Source: a virus
Taxonomy: Duplodnaviria > Heunggongvirae > Uroviricota > Caudoviricetes
Virus record (IMG/VR): IMGVR_UViG_3300036770_004943
Span: 1-64,000 of that record
Direction: 5' to 3' (one strand)
Length of the DNA stretch: 64,000 nucleotides
Shown: positions 9,341 through 18,301 of the stretch, one piece after another
Numbering within the stretch: position 1 is the first letter of the stretch
Layout of the letters: each line of letters begins with the position of its first letter
The notes under the pieces: model-generated
The model's database searches: none
What the model was told of the DNA's origin: nothing
What the model saw: only the letters and a program-made list of their open reading frames with translations
Made by a program: the position numbers and the translations under genes

Positions 9341-9607
9341 ATGTTCAGACTATTAATATTTTTTATAATTTTAGGTCTTATTATATTAACAGTATATGCC
9401 GGCTTTAAAATTATTAAATCATTCAAAATACCAAAACCGACCACCACCGAAGAAATAGAATTTTTAATTGAAAAAATTAAAATTAAAATTATGAGAGCGG
9501 AATTGGATCAAATGTCGGGTATTGAAGGTGCAGAAAAAGATTTACAATATTGGAAAGACCAATTGACTCAAACCCAAAAATTAAAAGAAAAAACAAACAA
9601 TTTATAA
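9341..9607 (+). CDS. Small membrane protein (88 aa; N-terminal transmembrane helix plus charged coiled-coil tail).
   Basis: MFRLLIFFIILGLIILTVYAGF hydrophobic segment followed by K/E-rich helix. Sits between the clpP-like and SPFH genes with a 4-14 nt spacing. Confidence 0.5.
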   Translation: MFRLLIFFIILGLIILTVYAGFKIIKSFKIPKPTTTEEIEFLIEKIKIKIMRAELDQMSGIEGAEKDLQYWKDQLTQTQKLKEKTNNL

Positions 9608-9621
9608 ACTAAAAAACAAAA

Positions 9622-10812
9622 ATGGAAACCAAATTACCAATTAAATGGATTACGACAGCAGTTCTTTCGATAATCGGAATTATAGTATTTTTATTTATTA
9701 ACCCTTTTTCATGGAATGACGCTGGACATCGAACCGTGGTAGAACAAATGAGTGGAAATCAATTTGTACAGTATCAACCAGGGATTTATTATTCAGGATT
9801 TTTTTGTAAAACCACAGAATGGCCAAATCAAATTTCTGTATCTTATCAAGATACTACAACTGATATGGAAATGAAAGATGGTACCATTGAAATTGGGAAG
9901 ATTAAAATTCGTTTTGGTGGGGATGCTACAACAGCGGATGTTAGTGGTATTGTACAATATATTTTACCGTCCGATGAAACTGAAATGATTACGATGCATA
10001 ACGCACATAGAACACCACAATCACTCGTGACTAAACGATTAGCGCCTTATACTAAAGAATGTTTACAATCATCCGCACAATTAATGTCTTCTGAAATGCA
10101 TTATTCAGGTGGTAGAGCAACAATGTCCCAAGATTTTGGCGAACAATTACGTGGTGGTGTGTATCTTTTAAAAACAAATGAACTTATGGTTTATGACTCT
10201 TTGGAAAAAGAAAATAAAAGACTGTATGAAACTAAAATTCAAACTGATAAAAACGGTAACCCTGTTCGTAAAATATCTTCTATTAAAGAGTATGGTATAA
10301 CTGTAGCTGACGCTAATATTACGGACGTGGATTATGAAACTCGTGTTGATAATATGTTAGGTAAAAAGATTGACGCGTCTACTAAGGCATCTATCGCAAA
10401 ACAAGAGTTGATTACGGCACAACAACAAGGTTTAACGGCTAAAGCTCAGGGTGAAAAAACCTTAATTGAAACTGAATATAAACAAAAGGTTGAACAAACT
10501 AAATTAGTTGTGGCAGCACAAACCCAAGTCCAAGTGGCTGAACTTGAAACCAAAGCGGCTCAATTACAAGCTCAAAAAACAAAAACTCAGGCGGATGCTG
10601 AATCTTATAAAAACGCTAAATTGGTGGCAGCTGGTTTAACACCACAAGAAAGAGCACAATTTGAAATGGATACTAAAATTGGTGTTGCTAAAGCATTGTC
10701 TGAAGTTACGTTACCATCAACATATATCAACGGTAATACATCAGGTGGTAATAACAACAGTATGTTAGAGTCTATTTTAGGTGTCAAACTACTTGAACAA
10801 AATAAAAAATAA
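9622..10812 (+). CDS. SPFH/band-7 (stomatin/prohibitin/HflK-like) membrane protein.
   Basis: N-terminal TM segment (ITTAVLSIIGIIVFLFI), a roughly 200-aa alpha/beta domain with SPFH-like pattern, then a long A/Q/K/T-rich coiled coil (LTAKAQGEKTLIETEYKQKVEQTKLVVAAQTQVQVAELETKAAQLQAQK) typical of HflK/flotillin C-termini. Confidence 0.55.
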   Translation: METKLPIKWITTAVLSIIGIIVFLFINPFSWNDAGHRTVVEQMSGNQFVQYQPGIYYSGFFCKTTEWPNQISVSYQDTTTDMEMKDGTIEIGKIKIRFGGDATTADVSGIVQYILPSDETEMITMHNAHRTPQSLVTKRLAPYTKECLQSSAQLMSSEMHYSGGRATMSQDFGEQLRGGVYLLKTNELMVYDSLEKENKRLYETKIQTDKNGNPVRKISSIKEYGITVADANITDVDYETRVDNMLGKKIDASTKASIAKQELITAQQQGLTAKAQGEKTLIETEYKQKVEQTKLVVAAQTQVQVAELETKAAQLQAQKTKTQADAESYKNAKLVAAGLTPQERAQFEMDTKIGVAKALSEVTLPSTYINGNTSGGNNNSMLESILGVKLLEQNKK

Positions 10813-10842
10813 TAAAACCTATATATAACAAAAAACCCTTAG

Positions 10843-10872
10843 AATTTCTAAGGGTTTTTTTATTTTATACTA
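10843..10872. terminator. Bidirectional rho-independent terminator between convergent genes.
   Basis: AACCCTTAGAA-TT-TCTAAGGGTT perfect hairpin flanked by A-run and T-run (aaaaaaccc...gggttttttttatttt). Confidence 0.6.
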
Positions 10873-10876
10873 TCTA

Positions 10877-11746
10877 TTAAGAAAGTTCGTAAGTTTTGTT
10901 TGTTTTAGGGTTTTTTAAACTAACAATATTACCTTTATCATCTTTAACTTCTTCAGTGTAACCTTTTTTCTTAAGTTGGTTCACTACCTGTAATCTAGCT
11001 TCGTCTTGTTTTCTTTTATTTTCATCAGATACCGCTGAACCAGTTAAGGCAACACCAGCGATTGCTGAAACAATAGAACCAACCCAAAGAGGATTTTGTA
11101 ATACTGAAGTTAAAACTGAATCTTCACGCATTGTTTTTACAATTGCCTCAGCAGACTCACCTACATAACCTAAACCTGCTAAAGCTGCCATTAATAAACC
11201 AACACCAATTCCAGCTTTATATTTTTTTACAAAACCACCTACACCTTCTTCCATACCTTCCATGTAATCTTTATCACCCATGTTGTCAGTCGCTGCTTGT
11301 TTAGCTGCATTAGTTGCTATTTTTTTAGCCTCTTCTTTAGAGTCAATACCTTTTTTTTCTAACGCTTGTTTAAAATCATTAAGATTAATTTTTTTTATAA
11401 CTTTTTGTAAAGACGCCATTATTTCTTGTTTGGATGGCTGTCCTTCCATTTCTTCCGCTTCTTTAACAACTTTAGCTTTGTTTGTATGCTTAACTTTCAT
11501 ATTAGACATATGTTTTTTAGCGTCAGATGCTTGAGAAAGCTTTTTCTTCATTGGAGTAACAGATGGCATTCCTTCTGATTGGTCTACCATATCTCCCGAC
11601 ATTTTATTTTTAACATGTTTCTTAGCTGCTGCAGCTTGTGAGGGAATCATATCTTTTACAGAAGCTTTTTTAGATTCAATTGAAGCCTCCATTACAAAAT
11701 TTTCAACTATTCTTTCAAGTTGGTCTTTGGTTACTTTATATCTCAT
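10877..11746 (-). CDS. Hypothetical protein (289 aa) with K-rich N-terminal half and C-terminal hydrophobic/Gly-rich segments.
   Basis: Long ORF in the sheath-to-tube interval with two predicted TM-like stretches (GIGVGLLMAALAGLGYVG; VGSIVSAIAGVALTGSAV). Confidence 0.6.
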   Translation of the reverse strand: MRYKVTKDQLERIVENFVMEASIESKKASVKDMIPSQAAAAKKHVKNKMSGDMVDQSEGMPSVTPMKKKLSQASDAKKHMSNMKVKHTNKAKVVKEAEEMEGQPSKQEIMASLQKVIKKINLNDFKQALEKKGIDSKEEAKKIATNAAKQAATDNMGDKDYMEGMEEGVGGFVKKYKAGIGVGLLMAALAGLGYVGESAEAIVKTMREDSVLTSVLQNPLWVGSIVSAIAGVALTGSAVSDENKRKQDEARLQVVNQLKKKGYTEEVKDDKGNIVSLKNPKTNKTYELS

Positions 11747-11758
11747 TTTATTTTATTA

Positions 11759-11965
11759 TTAGTATTTGTAATTAAAAGATGTTAATTTATTAAATCTTTC
11801 TAAATCTTTTTTAATATCCTCGTTAATAAGTTCTTTAGACTCAGTAATAACTTTAGTTTCTTTTTTAGACTCAGTTACAACTTTTTTTGGTTTATTAATA
11901 CCAGCCTTTTCTAAAGTACTTTCAATTAGTACATCAAGGTCTTTCTTTTTAACTATTTTTGACAT
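11759..11965 (-). CDS. Small hypothetical protein (68 aa), K/E-rich.
   Basis: ORF preceded by the conserved promoter-like motif. Follows the sheath terminator. Confidence 0.45.
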   Translation of the reverse strand: MSKIVKKKDLDVLIESTLEKAGINKPKKVVTESKKETKVITESKELINEDIKKDLERFNKLTSFNYKY

Positions 11966-11999
11966 AATTAGTTTTTATATATAAATATGTTTATTTTAG

Positions 12000-12031
12000 A
12001 AAAAGAACCTACTTTTACATAGGTTCTTTTT
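12000..12031 (-). terminator. Rho-independent terminator immediately after the sheath gene.
   Basis: aagaaccta-cttttaca-taggttctt is a 9-bp perfect stem. On the minus strand it is followed by TTTTTCTAAAAT. The sheath stop is at 12038-12040. Confidence 0.55.
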
Positions 12032-12037
12032 AATTTA

Positions 12038-14842
12038 TTAGATATTATCGAATGATGCACCAGTAGGTGTTACATTAAACTCGATTATGATAAATTCAAG
12101 TGAAGGTATTGGTTTTAAGAAAATCTTACCTCTCATCTCATTTCTATCAATTTCTTCAGGGTCATTAGATAATTGAACTCTAAAGTCAGCTAAACCTCTT
12201 TCTTTTCTAATGTTATCCAAAATAGGGTTAACTAAGTTTAAGAATTGATTTCTAACAATTTGATCGTTTTGTTCAAATAATAATCTTACACCAACCGCTG
12301 TAATTAATTTACGAGCTTGTAATAACAACCTTCTAATGTTAAGTCTATCAAGAACAGAATCTTTAACTTGTAAGTTTTTATTACCCCAAATTACAACACC
12401 TACGTCAGAGAAAGTTGCCATTGGGTTTACACGTCCTTCGTAAAGTGTGTCTCTATCTTCTTCAGTAAGTTTAAATCTGGCTTGAAGTGCGTTTGTTAAA
12501 CCTCTATTGTAACCAGCTACAGCGTACCAAGGAAATGCTACATTATCAGTTAAAGCGATGTTACGACAAACTTCTAATGTTGGTGGTAACCAAACATTAA
12601 CATTGTTTTCATCGTCTCTTTCTTGAATCCACGGCCAGTATGTGGCTGTATAGTTAGAATCTATATCGGCTGCATCTAATAAATCTATTAAAGATGAGGC
12701 GTCATTTATTGTTACTGAATTAAAACCAAAACCTATTGTATCATCAGTAGTATCGTACTCAACATTTTCAGGGGAAGTTACAATATAAACTGAATCAGCT
12801 CTTTGTTCCTCAATCATATCTATAGTTTCTTGTACTAAATAATTGTTACCTAAAGATAATGATGGGGACCAATCTATACCAGGTGTTGCAAACACATTAA
12901 TATTTACAGCCTCAGGGTTTGCGAAAGTTTTAATATTGTTCCAATAAGCGTATAAATCAGAAGTTCCGTCTTGTGGACCAAGTTGTTGGAATTGGCCGTT
13001 AGCTAAACCTGTGTTAAATCCTGACTTACCGATACGATATCTATCTGTGTTAGTTCTTGAAGTTCTATGACAATCCCATCCGTCAAAACCCCAATAAGGA
13101 ACAAACGTGAATTTTCTTGCCGTAGTACTTTCATATATTGTACCCTCAATCCCAAGAGAGTCTCTAAATTCGGCCTCACCAACTTCAAAATTACCTGCAA
13201 TGGTTGCTCCACTATCCATATGGAATCCTTTAGTTGTTGCCGACCAATATTTATTATCGTCTGTTTTACCTTTCCATTGGAACATGTCAGAATCAATACC
13301 TACTGTATCACTAATACCTAAATAAACTCTTCTAATCCTTTCATTCTCAGGATCGTAAGTTGTTTTGTAGTCAATAAAAGGTGGTAAATAACTTAACTGA
13401 GATGAAGACGAAAATGTTCTACCAACATAATCTCTAACACGATAGCCCTCAAAACCAGCTGGGAAAGCGTCTGACGGTGCGTTATCATTCATAACTACCA
13501 TGATAAATCTACTGTTTAAAGTAAATTCACCATCCGCTGTACCAATTCTTCTTGCTATAAAATTATTAGAATTAGGTTCCATAGTACATTTAGCGTACGT
13601 TTCAAGAATTGAAGGTCTTGCGTCAGTGTCATTAAACTGTCTAACTACGACATCAAATTCTTTTCCGTCTGGATCTATATTTTGAATAGAAATTTTAATT
13701 TCAGTATTTGCTGCAGTACCATCAGAGATTGATACGAATTTAAATAATTTAAATACTTGATTACCACGTAATTCAGATACAACCCAAGGAGTTTCAGGAG
13801 TTTGATATTGTTGTTTATAATTATCTATATTACTTATATAGATTAACTCATCTTTTAAACCTAAAATATAATTGTTATCAATTAAATCTTGTAACATATT
13901 AGGGTAGATTTCTTCTACATAAATTTTTGATGTTTTGTCTGTACAATCTTCACCTAAGACACCAGTTATATAATTTCTACTTGTTCTATCTAATGAAACA
14001 TCATAAACAGAACTAGCACTTAATCCTATAGAATATGCTGATAAAGAAAACTGTGCTAAAGGGTTTGTACTGTTTAAAGACAAACCACCTACTAAACCTT
14101 GATATGACTGATCTGTAGACCATAAAAAGTTATCACTAATATAAGTTCCTCTTGATCTTAATAAAGCCAAAGTTAAACCATCGTATTCTGTATAAGCTGT
14201 TGCTGTATAGGTTGTTACGGTACCAGAAATTGAACCCGAATCACCGGTTATAGTTAATAAACTTATTGTCGTAGAGGCACCAGTAAAGTTAGGATAAGTA
14301 TTACTATCAAAAGTTATACCTTCTGGATATACAGGTGTCACACCAGGTACATCTGTAGTGGTTAATGTAGCACCATTAGGGTATAAACCTAAGTTATAAA
14401 GATATTCTGCATTAGGATCAGTAAAATTATAATAAAAAGTACCACCAGTAAAATCCGCTGTAAATGTTGTGGTTGCACCAGTAACAATAGTGGAAGGATT
14501 GTAATTAGCTTTCGATACGATAGCCCATCCATCACCAGCATCATAACCAGTTAAACCCAATACCCTAGATACAAATAATTGGTTTGATTGTGTTAGGTAA
14601 TATTTAGCAATATATGGAAGTTCGTATTTTGGTTTATTATTACCAAATTTTTCAGGACTTAACCCACCAAAAATTGTTAAAAATTCATCGTAATTTGTAA
14701 TAAAAATCGGTTCAAAAGCCGGACCTTTTAAGGTTTCACCAGCTAAACCTAAAGTTGTCACACCAACTTGTTGTGACACAAAGGTTAAATCTTTTTCTGA
14801 AGTAAAGACACCTGGTGATACAAATATTTTTTGTGAAGCCAT
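12038..14842 (-). CDS. Tail sheath protein (934 aa).
   Basis: N-terminus MASQKIFVSPGVFTSEKD matches the sheath SPGV(Y/F)..E motif. The C-terminal domain has AGYNRG and DRLNIRRL (compare T4 gp18 AGYNRG, DRINVRRL) and DRNEMRGKIFLKP (compare DRNEFVATFYIQP). It is not a capsid protein despite its size. Confidence 0.8.
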   Translation of the reverse strand: MASQKIFVSPGVFTSEKDLTFVSQQVGVTTLGLAGETLKGPAFEPIFITNYDEFLTIFGGLSPEKFGNNKPKYELPYIAKYYLTQSNQLFVSRVLGLTGYDAGDGWAIVSKANYNPSTIVTGATTTFTADFTGGTFYYNFTDPNAEYLYNLGLYPNGATLTTTDVPGVTPVYPEGITFDSNTYPNFTGASTTISLLTITGDSGSISGTVTTYTATAYTEYDGLTLALLRSRGTYISDNFLWSTDQSYQGLVGGLSLNSTNPLAQFSLSAYSIGLSASSVYDVSLDRTSRNYITGVLGEDCTDKTSKIYVEEIYPNMLQDLIDNNYILGLKDELIYISNIDNYKQQYQTPETPWVVSELRGNQVFKLFKFVSISDGTAANTEIKISIQNIDPDGKEFDVVVRQFNDTDARPSILETYAKCTMEPNSNNFIARRIGTADGEFTLNSRFIMVVMNDNAPSDAFPAGFEGYRVRDYVGRTFSSSSQLSYLPPFIDYKTTYDPENERIRRVYLGISDTVGIDSDMFQWKGKTDDNKYWSATTKGFHMDSGATIAGNFEVGEAEFRDSLGIEGTIYESTTARKFTFVPYWGFDGWDCHRTSRTNTDRYRIGKSGFNTGLANGQFQQLGPQDGTSDLYAYWNNIKTFANPEAVNINVFATPGIDWSPSLSLGNNYLVQETIDMIEEQRADSVYIVTSPENVEYDTTDDTIGFGFNSVTINDASSLIDLLDAADIDSNYTATYWPWIQERDDENNVNVWLPPTLEVCRNIALTDNVAFPWYAVAGYNRGLTNALQARFKLTEEDRDTLYEGRVNPMATFSDVGVVIWGNKNLQVKDSVLDRLNIRRLLLQARKLITAVGVRLLFEQNDQIVRNQFLNLVNPILDNIRKERGLADFRVQLSNDPEEIDRNEMRGKIFLKPIPSLEFIIIEFNVTPTGASFDNI

Positions 14843-14867
14843 TTAATTATTTTTTTTGTTTATGTTA

Positions 14868-14886
14868 TTTTTATTATAAATATTGG
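14868..14886 (-). promoter_or_regulatory. Conserved late-promoter-like motif upstream of the sheath gene.
   Basis: Minus strand reads GACCAATATTTATAATAAAAATAACATAAAC..ATG. The same 16-mer core recurs upstream of the tube, fiber and other structural genes. Confidence 0.4.
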
Positions 14887-14934
14887 TCTGTTTTTCAAAA
14901 GTTTTTAAAAAGTAAATAATAAATCACTATTAAT

Positions 14935-14967
14935 ATGAATAGTGTCATACTTTTATATGAATAGTGT
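14935..14967. repeat. Direct repeat TATGAATAGTGT(C/A)ATA x2, 22-nt spacing, in a divergent regulatory region (operator-like).
   Basis: atgaatagtgt occurs at 14935-14945 and 14957-14967, just upstream of the small RHH ORF and opposite the sheath promoter. Confidence 0.4.
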
Positions 14968-14989
14968 AATATTTATGTAATACTATCAT

Positions 14990-15163
14990 ATGAAAAGAGA
15001 TAAAAACATAAAGATAACTTCAACAACACATGAGTTGTTAAAAAACTATTGTGAAGAAAACGGTCTTAAAATGTTTTCTTTTGTTGAAAAACTAATTAGA
15101 GAAAAGTGTAAAGAAAAACCAAATCCAACCAAACAGAAAAAGGATTTGTATGATGAAAATTAA
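14990..15163 (+). CDS. Small ribbon-helix-helix-like DNA-binding protein (57 aa), absent from the ORF track.
   Basis: MKRDKNIKITSTTHELLKNYCEENGLKMFSFVEKLIREKCKEK: a beta-strand (IKITSTTHELL) followed by two helices, the Arc/CopG/MetJ pattern. Only plus-strand gene in this region and divergent from sheath. Directly downstream of the direct repeats. Confidence 0.35.
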   Translation: MKRDKNIKITSTTHELLKNYCEENGLKMFSFVEKLIREKCKEKPNPTKQKKDLYDEN

Positions 15164-15826
15164 TTAGCTAAGTTTTAGTTTAAAACCATAAGCCTTAAAA
15201 TCAAAAGTAGATATAGAACTTATAGATAAATTTAAATTATCTCTGACTCTAAAAATTAATTTATCAGTTGTACCGGACTTTAATCTAATACCACCCACAT
15301 AGTCAGAATCATAACCGTAATTTTTAAAATTAAAAACACCAAAATAACCACCATCGTTACCAGAAAAAACATTATCAATACGAAAAGAATTAGTACCACT
15401 AGCACCATACGCAGGTTTAAAACCAACCATACGTAGTAAGTCAAAATTAGTAGATAAATTATCCGATATTATTATATCACCATTTAAACTATCTTGATAC
15501 AATAATTGACACCCATTTGTTAAAGGAGGGATGTTAGCGAATTCACCTAACTCAGGGTTAACCAATTCGGCAGCAATAAAAAAATTTAAAGACGTTATAT
15601 AAATATCAAAATCCTTTTCCGCTGATATATAAAAATCTTGTGGAGTTGTTGACCCATCCACTTTCATACTATTTGTAACCCCATCCCCGTTTAAAGTTAA
15701 GTAACTACTAAAAATAAATGTTTTATTGTCAGTTAACGGTGGGGAATCAGAGTCTATTTCAAACAGACTGTATTCGGAAACTTTAGATTTTTTATTTTCT
15801 GCAACAATTTTGGCTGATTTTGACAT
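15164..15826 (-). CDS. Paralog 6 of a six-gene tandem family (220 aa). Structural or receptor-binding role suspected.
   Basis: Shares the central and C-terminal pattern (TLNGDGVTNSMKVDG..DFYI..E.D.DIYIT..NF..AAE) with 15834-16481. Same orientation, 7-nt spacing. Confidence 0.6.
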   Translation of the reverse strand: MSKSAKIVAENKKSKVSEYSLFEIDSDSPPLTDNKTFIFSSYLTLNGDGVTNSMKVDGSTTPQDFYISAEKDFDIYITSLNFFIAAELVNPELGEFANIPPLTNGCQLLYQDSLNGDIIISDNLSTNFDLLRMVGFKPAYGASGTNSFRIDNVFSGNDGGYFGVFNFKNYGYDSDYVGGIRLKSGTTDKLIFRVRDNLNLSISSISTFDFKAYGFKLKLS

Positions 15827-15833
15827 AATAATT

Positions 15834-16481
15834 TTAGTTTATTTTTCTTCTAAAACCATACGCAATTGCGTTGAACTCGGTTGTTGCGGCACCACCTGTA
15901 TTATCGTTTATTTCTAAAACCAATCTATTATTAGTGCCGGCAGCCAGCCTCAACCCCCATTTAAAACCGAAATTTCTAAAATCAAAAACGGGTATAAAGG
16001 CTTCACTAGTACCAATAACATTTGTACCTAAAAAAGCAGCAGTACCAGTACCAAATGCTGGTTGCCCTTGACATAAACGAACAAATTCCCAATTAGAAGT
16101 TAAATTCGTACCAATATTAATTTCACCATTACTGTCTTCATAATAAAACCTACAACCATTTGTTAACGCAGGGGAAGTACCAAACTCAGAAAGTGTTGCT
16201 GATACCGCAGCAATTAAAAAAGAAACTGTGGTTATATATATATCATAATTTGGTTCAGCATTTATAAAAAATCTTTCTGGACTTGCTAATGAACCAGCAA
16301 CCCTCATACTAGTTGTTACCCCATCATTATTAAGGGTTAAGAATTCTCTATAAACCGTTATTTTAGTTTCTTCTCCAACTGGAGGATAAGGAGCTTCTTG
16401 TGTGTAAAGAAAACCTTCAGGGGATACTTTAGCTAAGTATCCATTACCCGTACCATCCTCAATATTTGTTTTTATTGACAT
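15834..16481 (-). CDS. Paralog 5 of the six-gene tandem family (215 aa).
   Basis: N-terminus MSIKTNIEDGTGNGYLAKVSPEGFLY carries the family motif I-x-DGTG-x4-KV. TLNNDGVTTSMRVAG parallels paralog 6. Confidence 0.65.
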   Translation of the reverse strand: MSIKTNIEDGTGNGYLAKVSPEGFLYTQEAPYPPVGEETKITVYREFLTLNNDGVTTSMRVAGSLASPERFFINAEPNYDIYITTVSFLIAAVSATLSEFGTSPALTNGCRFYYEDSNGEINIGTNLTSNWEFVRLCQGQPAFGTGTAAFLGTNVIGTSEAFIPVFDFRNFGFKWGLRLAAGTNNRLVLEINDNTGGAATTEFNAIAYGFRRKIN

Positions 16482-16482
16482 A

Positions 16483-17073
16483 TTATGTTTCTAAAGTTTC
16501 ATAAACATTTAATCCTACTGCAACTTGAACCGAGGTGTTTGATGTTGGTGTGACAAACGAAAAACCTACACTAGAACCTTTTGGTAATGTTGCAACTGAA
16601 CTAATAAATGTTATATTTTGTAATGGAACTACTGGACTTCCAAAGACATCTGACGTTGTTGTAAAACCAGCTCCGTTTTGACCCCTTTCAGTAGTAACTT
16701 CTAAAGTATTAGAACTACCAAAATTAAGATTCGGTGTAGTTACTGATACTGAAGTTCCATTAGTCATAGAACCAGGGTTTCTATAGAAAATAAACCTACC
16801 ATGTGTTTCGGTTGTTCCTGCACTATCTTTAACACTTAAATTAATCCTATCAATAACAATATCGTTATTACCATCATTTGTTAAAAAAAGAATTGCACTT
16901 GTTGCTGAAGACCCAGTTAGTGTAACATATCCTGAGTTAACTGTATACGCGTTACCTTCTCTAGCAGCTTCTGCGTATTCTTCTTTTTGTACTGTTTCCG
17001 TGTAAAGTCTATTTCTATAATCTACTTTAACACCAAAACCGCCACCAGTACCATCTGTTATTTCAAATCCCAT
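16483..17073 (-). CDS. Paralog 4 of the six-gene tandem family (196 aa).
   Basis: MGFEITDGTGGGFGVKVDYRNRLYTETV shows the family N-terminal motif. Genes are spaced 1-22 nt apart. Confidence 0.65.
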   Translation of the reverse strand: MGFEITDGTGGGFGVKVDYRNRLYTETVQKEEYAEAAREGNAYTVNSGYVTLTGSSATSAILFLTNDGNNDIVIDRINLSVKDSAGTTETHGRFIFYRNPGSMTNGTSVSVTTPNLNFGSSNTLEVTTERGQNGAGFTTTSDVFGSPVVPLQNITFISSVATLPKGSSVGFSFVTPTSNTSVQVAVGLNVYETLET

Positions 17074-17095
17074 TTTATTTTATTTTAATAATTTA

Positions 17096-17683
17096 TTATT
17101 CAAAGTAAACTTCCATTTCACAAGTTAAATTAAATGTAACACCATTAGGTGGTTCACACGTTACTGCTAATGAACTTCCCTTATCTAACGTGACCGCTCC
17201 ATTCCACATAAACATTAACATTTGTTGATTCCCAACACCCAAGTAATGTCTACCAAAAACATTTCCGTTTGTAACGGTTAAGAAAGTACCATTTCCTTGA
17301 TACGCTAATCCCTCATAATCATTTGAACTACCAAAATTAATGTTTTGAACGTCCGCAGCAATTGCTGAAGAAATTAATGTTCCTGTTGTAGGGTTTTTAT
17401 ACATATTGATTTTGGTAAATTGACTTGCGGTTCCTGACCATAACTTTATGTGATGAATCAACATTTTTTTATCCGAATTATTTTTAATGTATAAAACACC
17501 GTTTTCTTGTCCAGTAACACCAGTAAGAGAAAGAAAGTTGGTTGAAATAACAAAAGTATTACCTACTTCTATTGAATTATACACCGCTCTTTCTTCGGTA
17601 ATACTATCAACAAGTATTCTATTAAGTTCTGTTACTTTTGCTTTTCTACTAGTTCCTGTTCCGTCTTGTATTTGAAAACCCAT
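17096..17683 (-). CDS. Paralog 3 of the six-gene tandem family (195 aa).
   Basis: MGFQIQDGTGTSRKAKVTELNRILVDSI. Confidence 0.65.
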   Translation of the reverse strand: MGFQIQDGTGTSRKAKVTELNRILVDSITEERAVYNSIEVGNTFVISTNFLSLTGVTGQENGVLYIKNNSDKKMLIHHIKLWSGTASQFTKINMYKNPTTGTLISSAIAADVQNINFGSSNDYEGLAYQGNGTFLTVTNGNVFGRHYLGVGNQQMLMFMWNGAVTLDKGSSLAVTCEPPNGVTFNLTCEMEVYFE

Positions 17684-17702
17684 TTTTTATATTTTTAGTT
17701 TT

Positions 17703-18296
17703 TTATAAAATTATATCACTTAAATAAACTTGAAATCCTGTATAAATTTCGTTTGAGGTTAATCCGTATTGTTGATAAGTTACCACAACTGACGAACCTT
17801 TTTTCAATATAATTTGAACAGTTCCAAAATTTCGTTGAGCAGTACCTTGTGTTTGATATAACACTGGAGTGTTGTTATAACCTGAAACAGTAAATCCGTC
17901 ACCACCCTTTTTAACACCAACATTTAATTCATTTGAAGAACCTATCAATCTGTTTACAGGTGTTAAATCTGTACCAGAACTAATTATTGTCCCTGTTGTT
18001 GGATTTGAGTAAACCCTCATCAAACTTAATCTTGTTGCGGTTCCAGAACTATTATCCGTGCCAATAAACCAAGCGGATAATATTAAATCTTTTTCTTCGT
18101 TATTTTTTAAGTATAAAAGTGGTGTTTCTGATGAACCAGTTACGGTTATAAATTCTGTGTTAATATTGTAAGCTTCACCTTTTGATGTTGCATGGTCAAA
18201 TTCCGATTCAGTAATAGATTTAACATATAACCTATTTTCAGAATCAATTTTAACCTTATATTTTGTACCTGTTCCGTCTTGTATTGTAGTTGCCAT
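17703..18296 (-). CDS. Paralog 2 of the six-gene tandem family (197 aa).
   Basis: MATTIQDGTGTKYKVKIDSENRLYVKSI. Also contains NFGSSN, shared with paralogs 1, 3 and 4. Confidence 0.65.
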   Translation of the reverse strand: MATTIQDGTGTKYKVKIDSENRLYVKSITESEFDHATSKGEAYNINTEFITVTGSSETPLLYLKNNEEKDLILSAWFIGTDNSSGTATRLSLMRVYSNPTTGTIISSGTDLTPVNRLIGSSNELNVGVKKGGDGFTVSGYNNTPVLYQTQGTAQRNFGTVQIILKKGSSVVVTYQQYGLTSNEIYTGFQVYLSDIIL

Positions 18297-18301
18297 ATGT
18301 T

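Noticed and set aside
13003-13325. Several 70-100-aa ORFs on both strands inside the sheath gene (13003-13296, 13067-13321, 13107-13325)
   Set aside because: They overlap the well-supported sheath coding frame. Judged spurious.
12038-14842. Initially considered major capsid protein because of size (934 aa) and position
   Set aside because: The N-terminal SPGVF..E motif and C-terminal AGYNRG / DRLNIRRL / DRNEMRG blocks match tail sheath (T4 gp18-like), not HK97 or T4-type capsid proteins. The adjacent gp19-like tube supports the sheath call.
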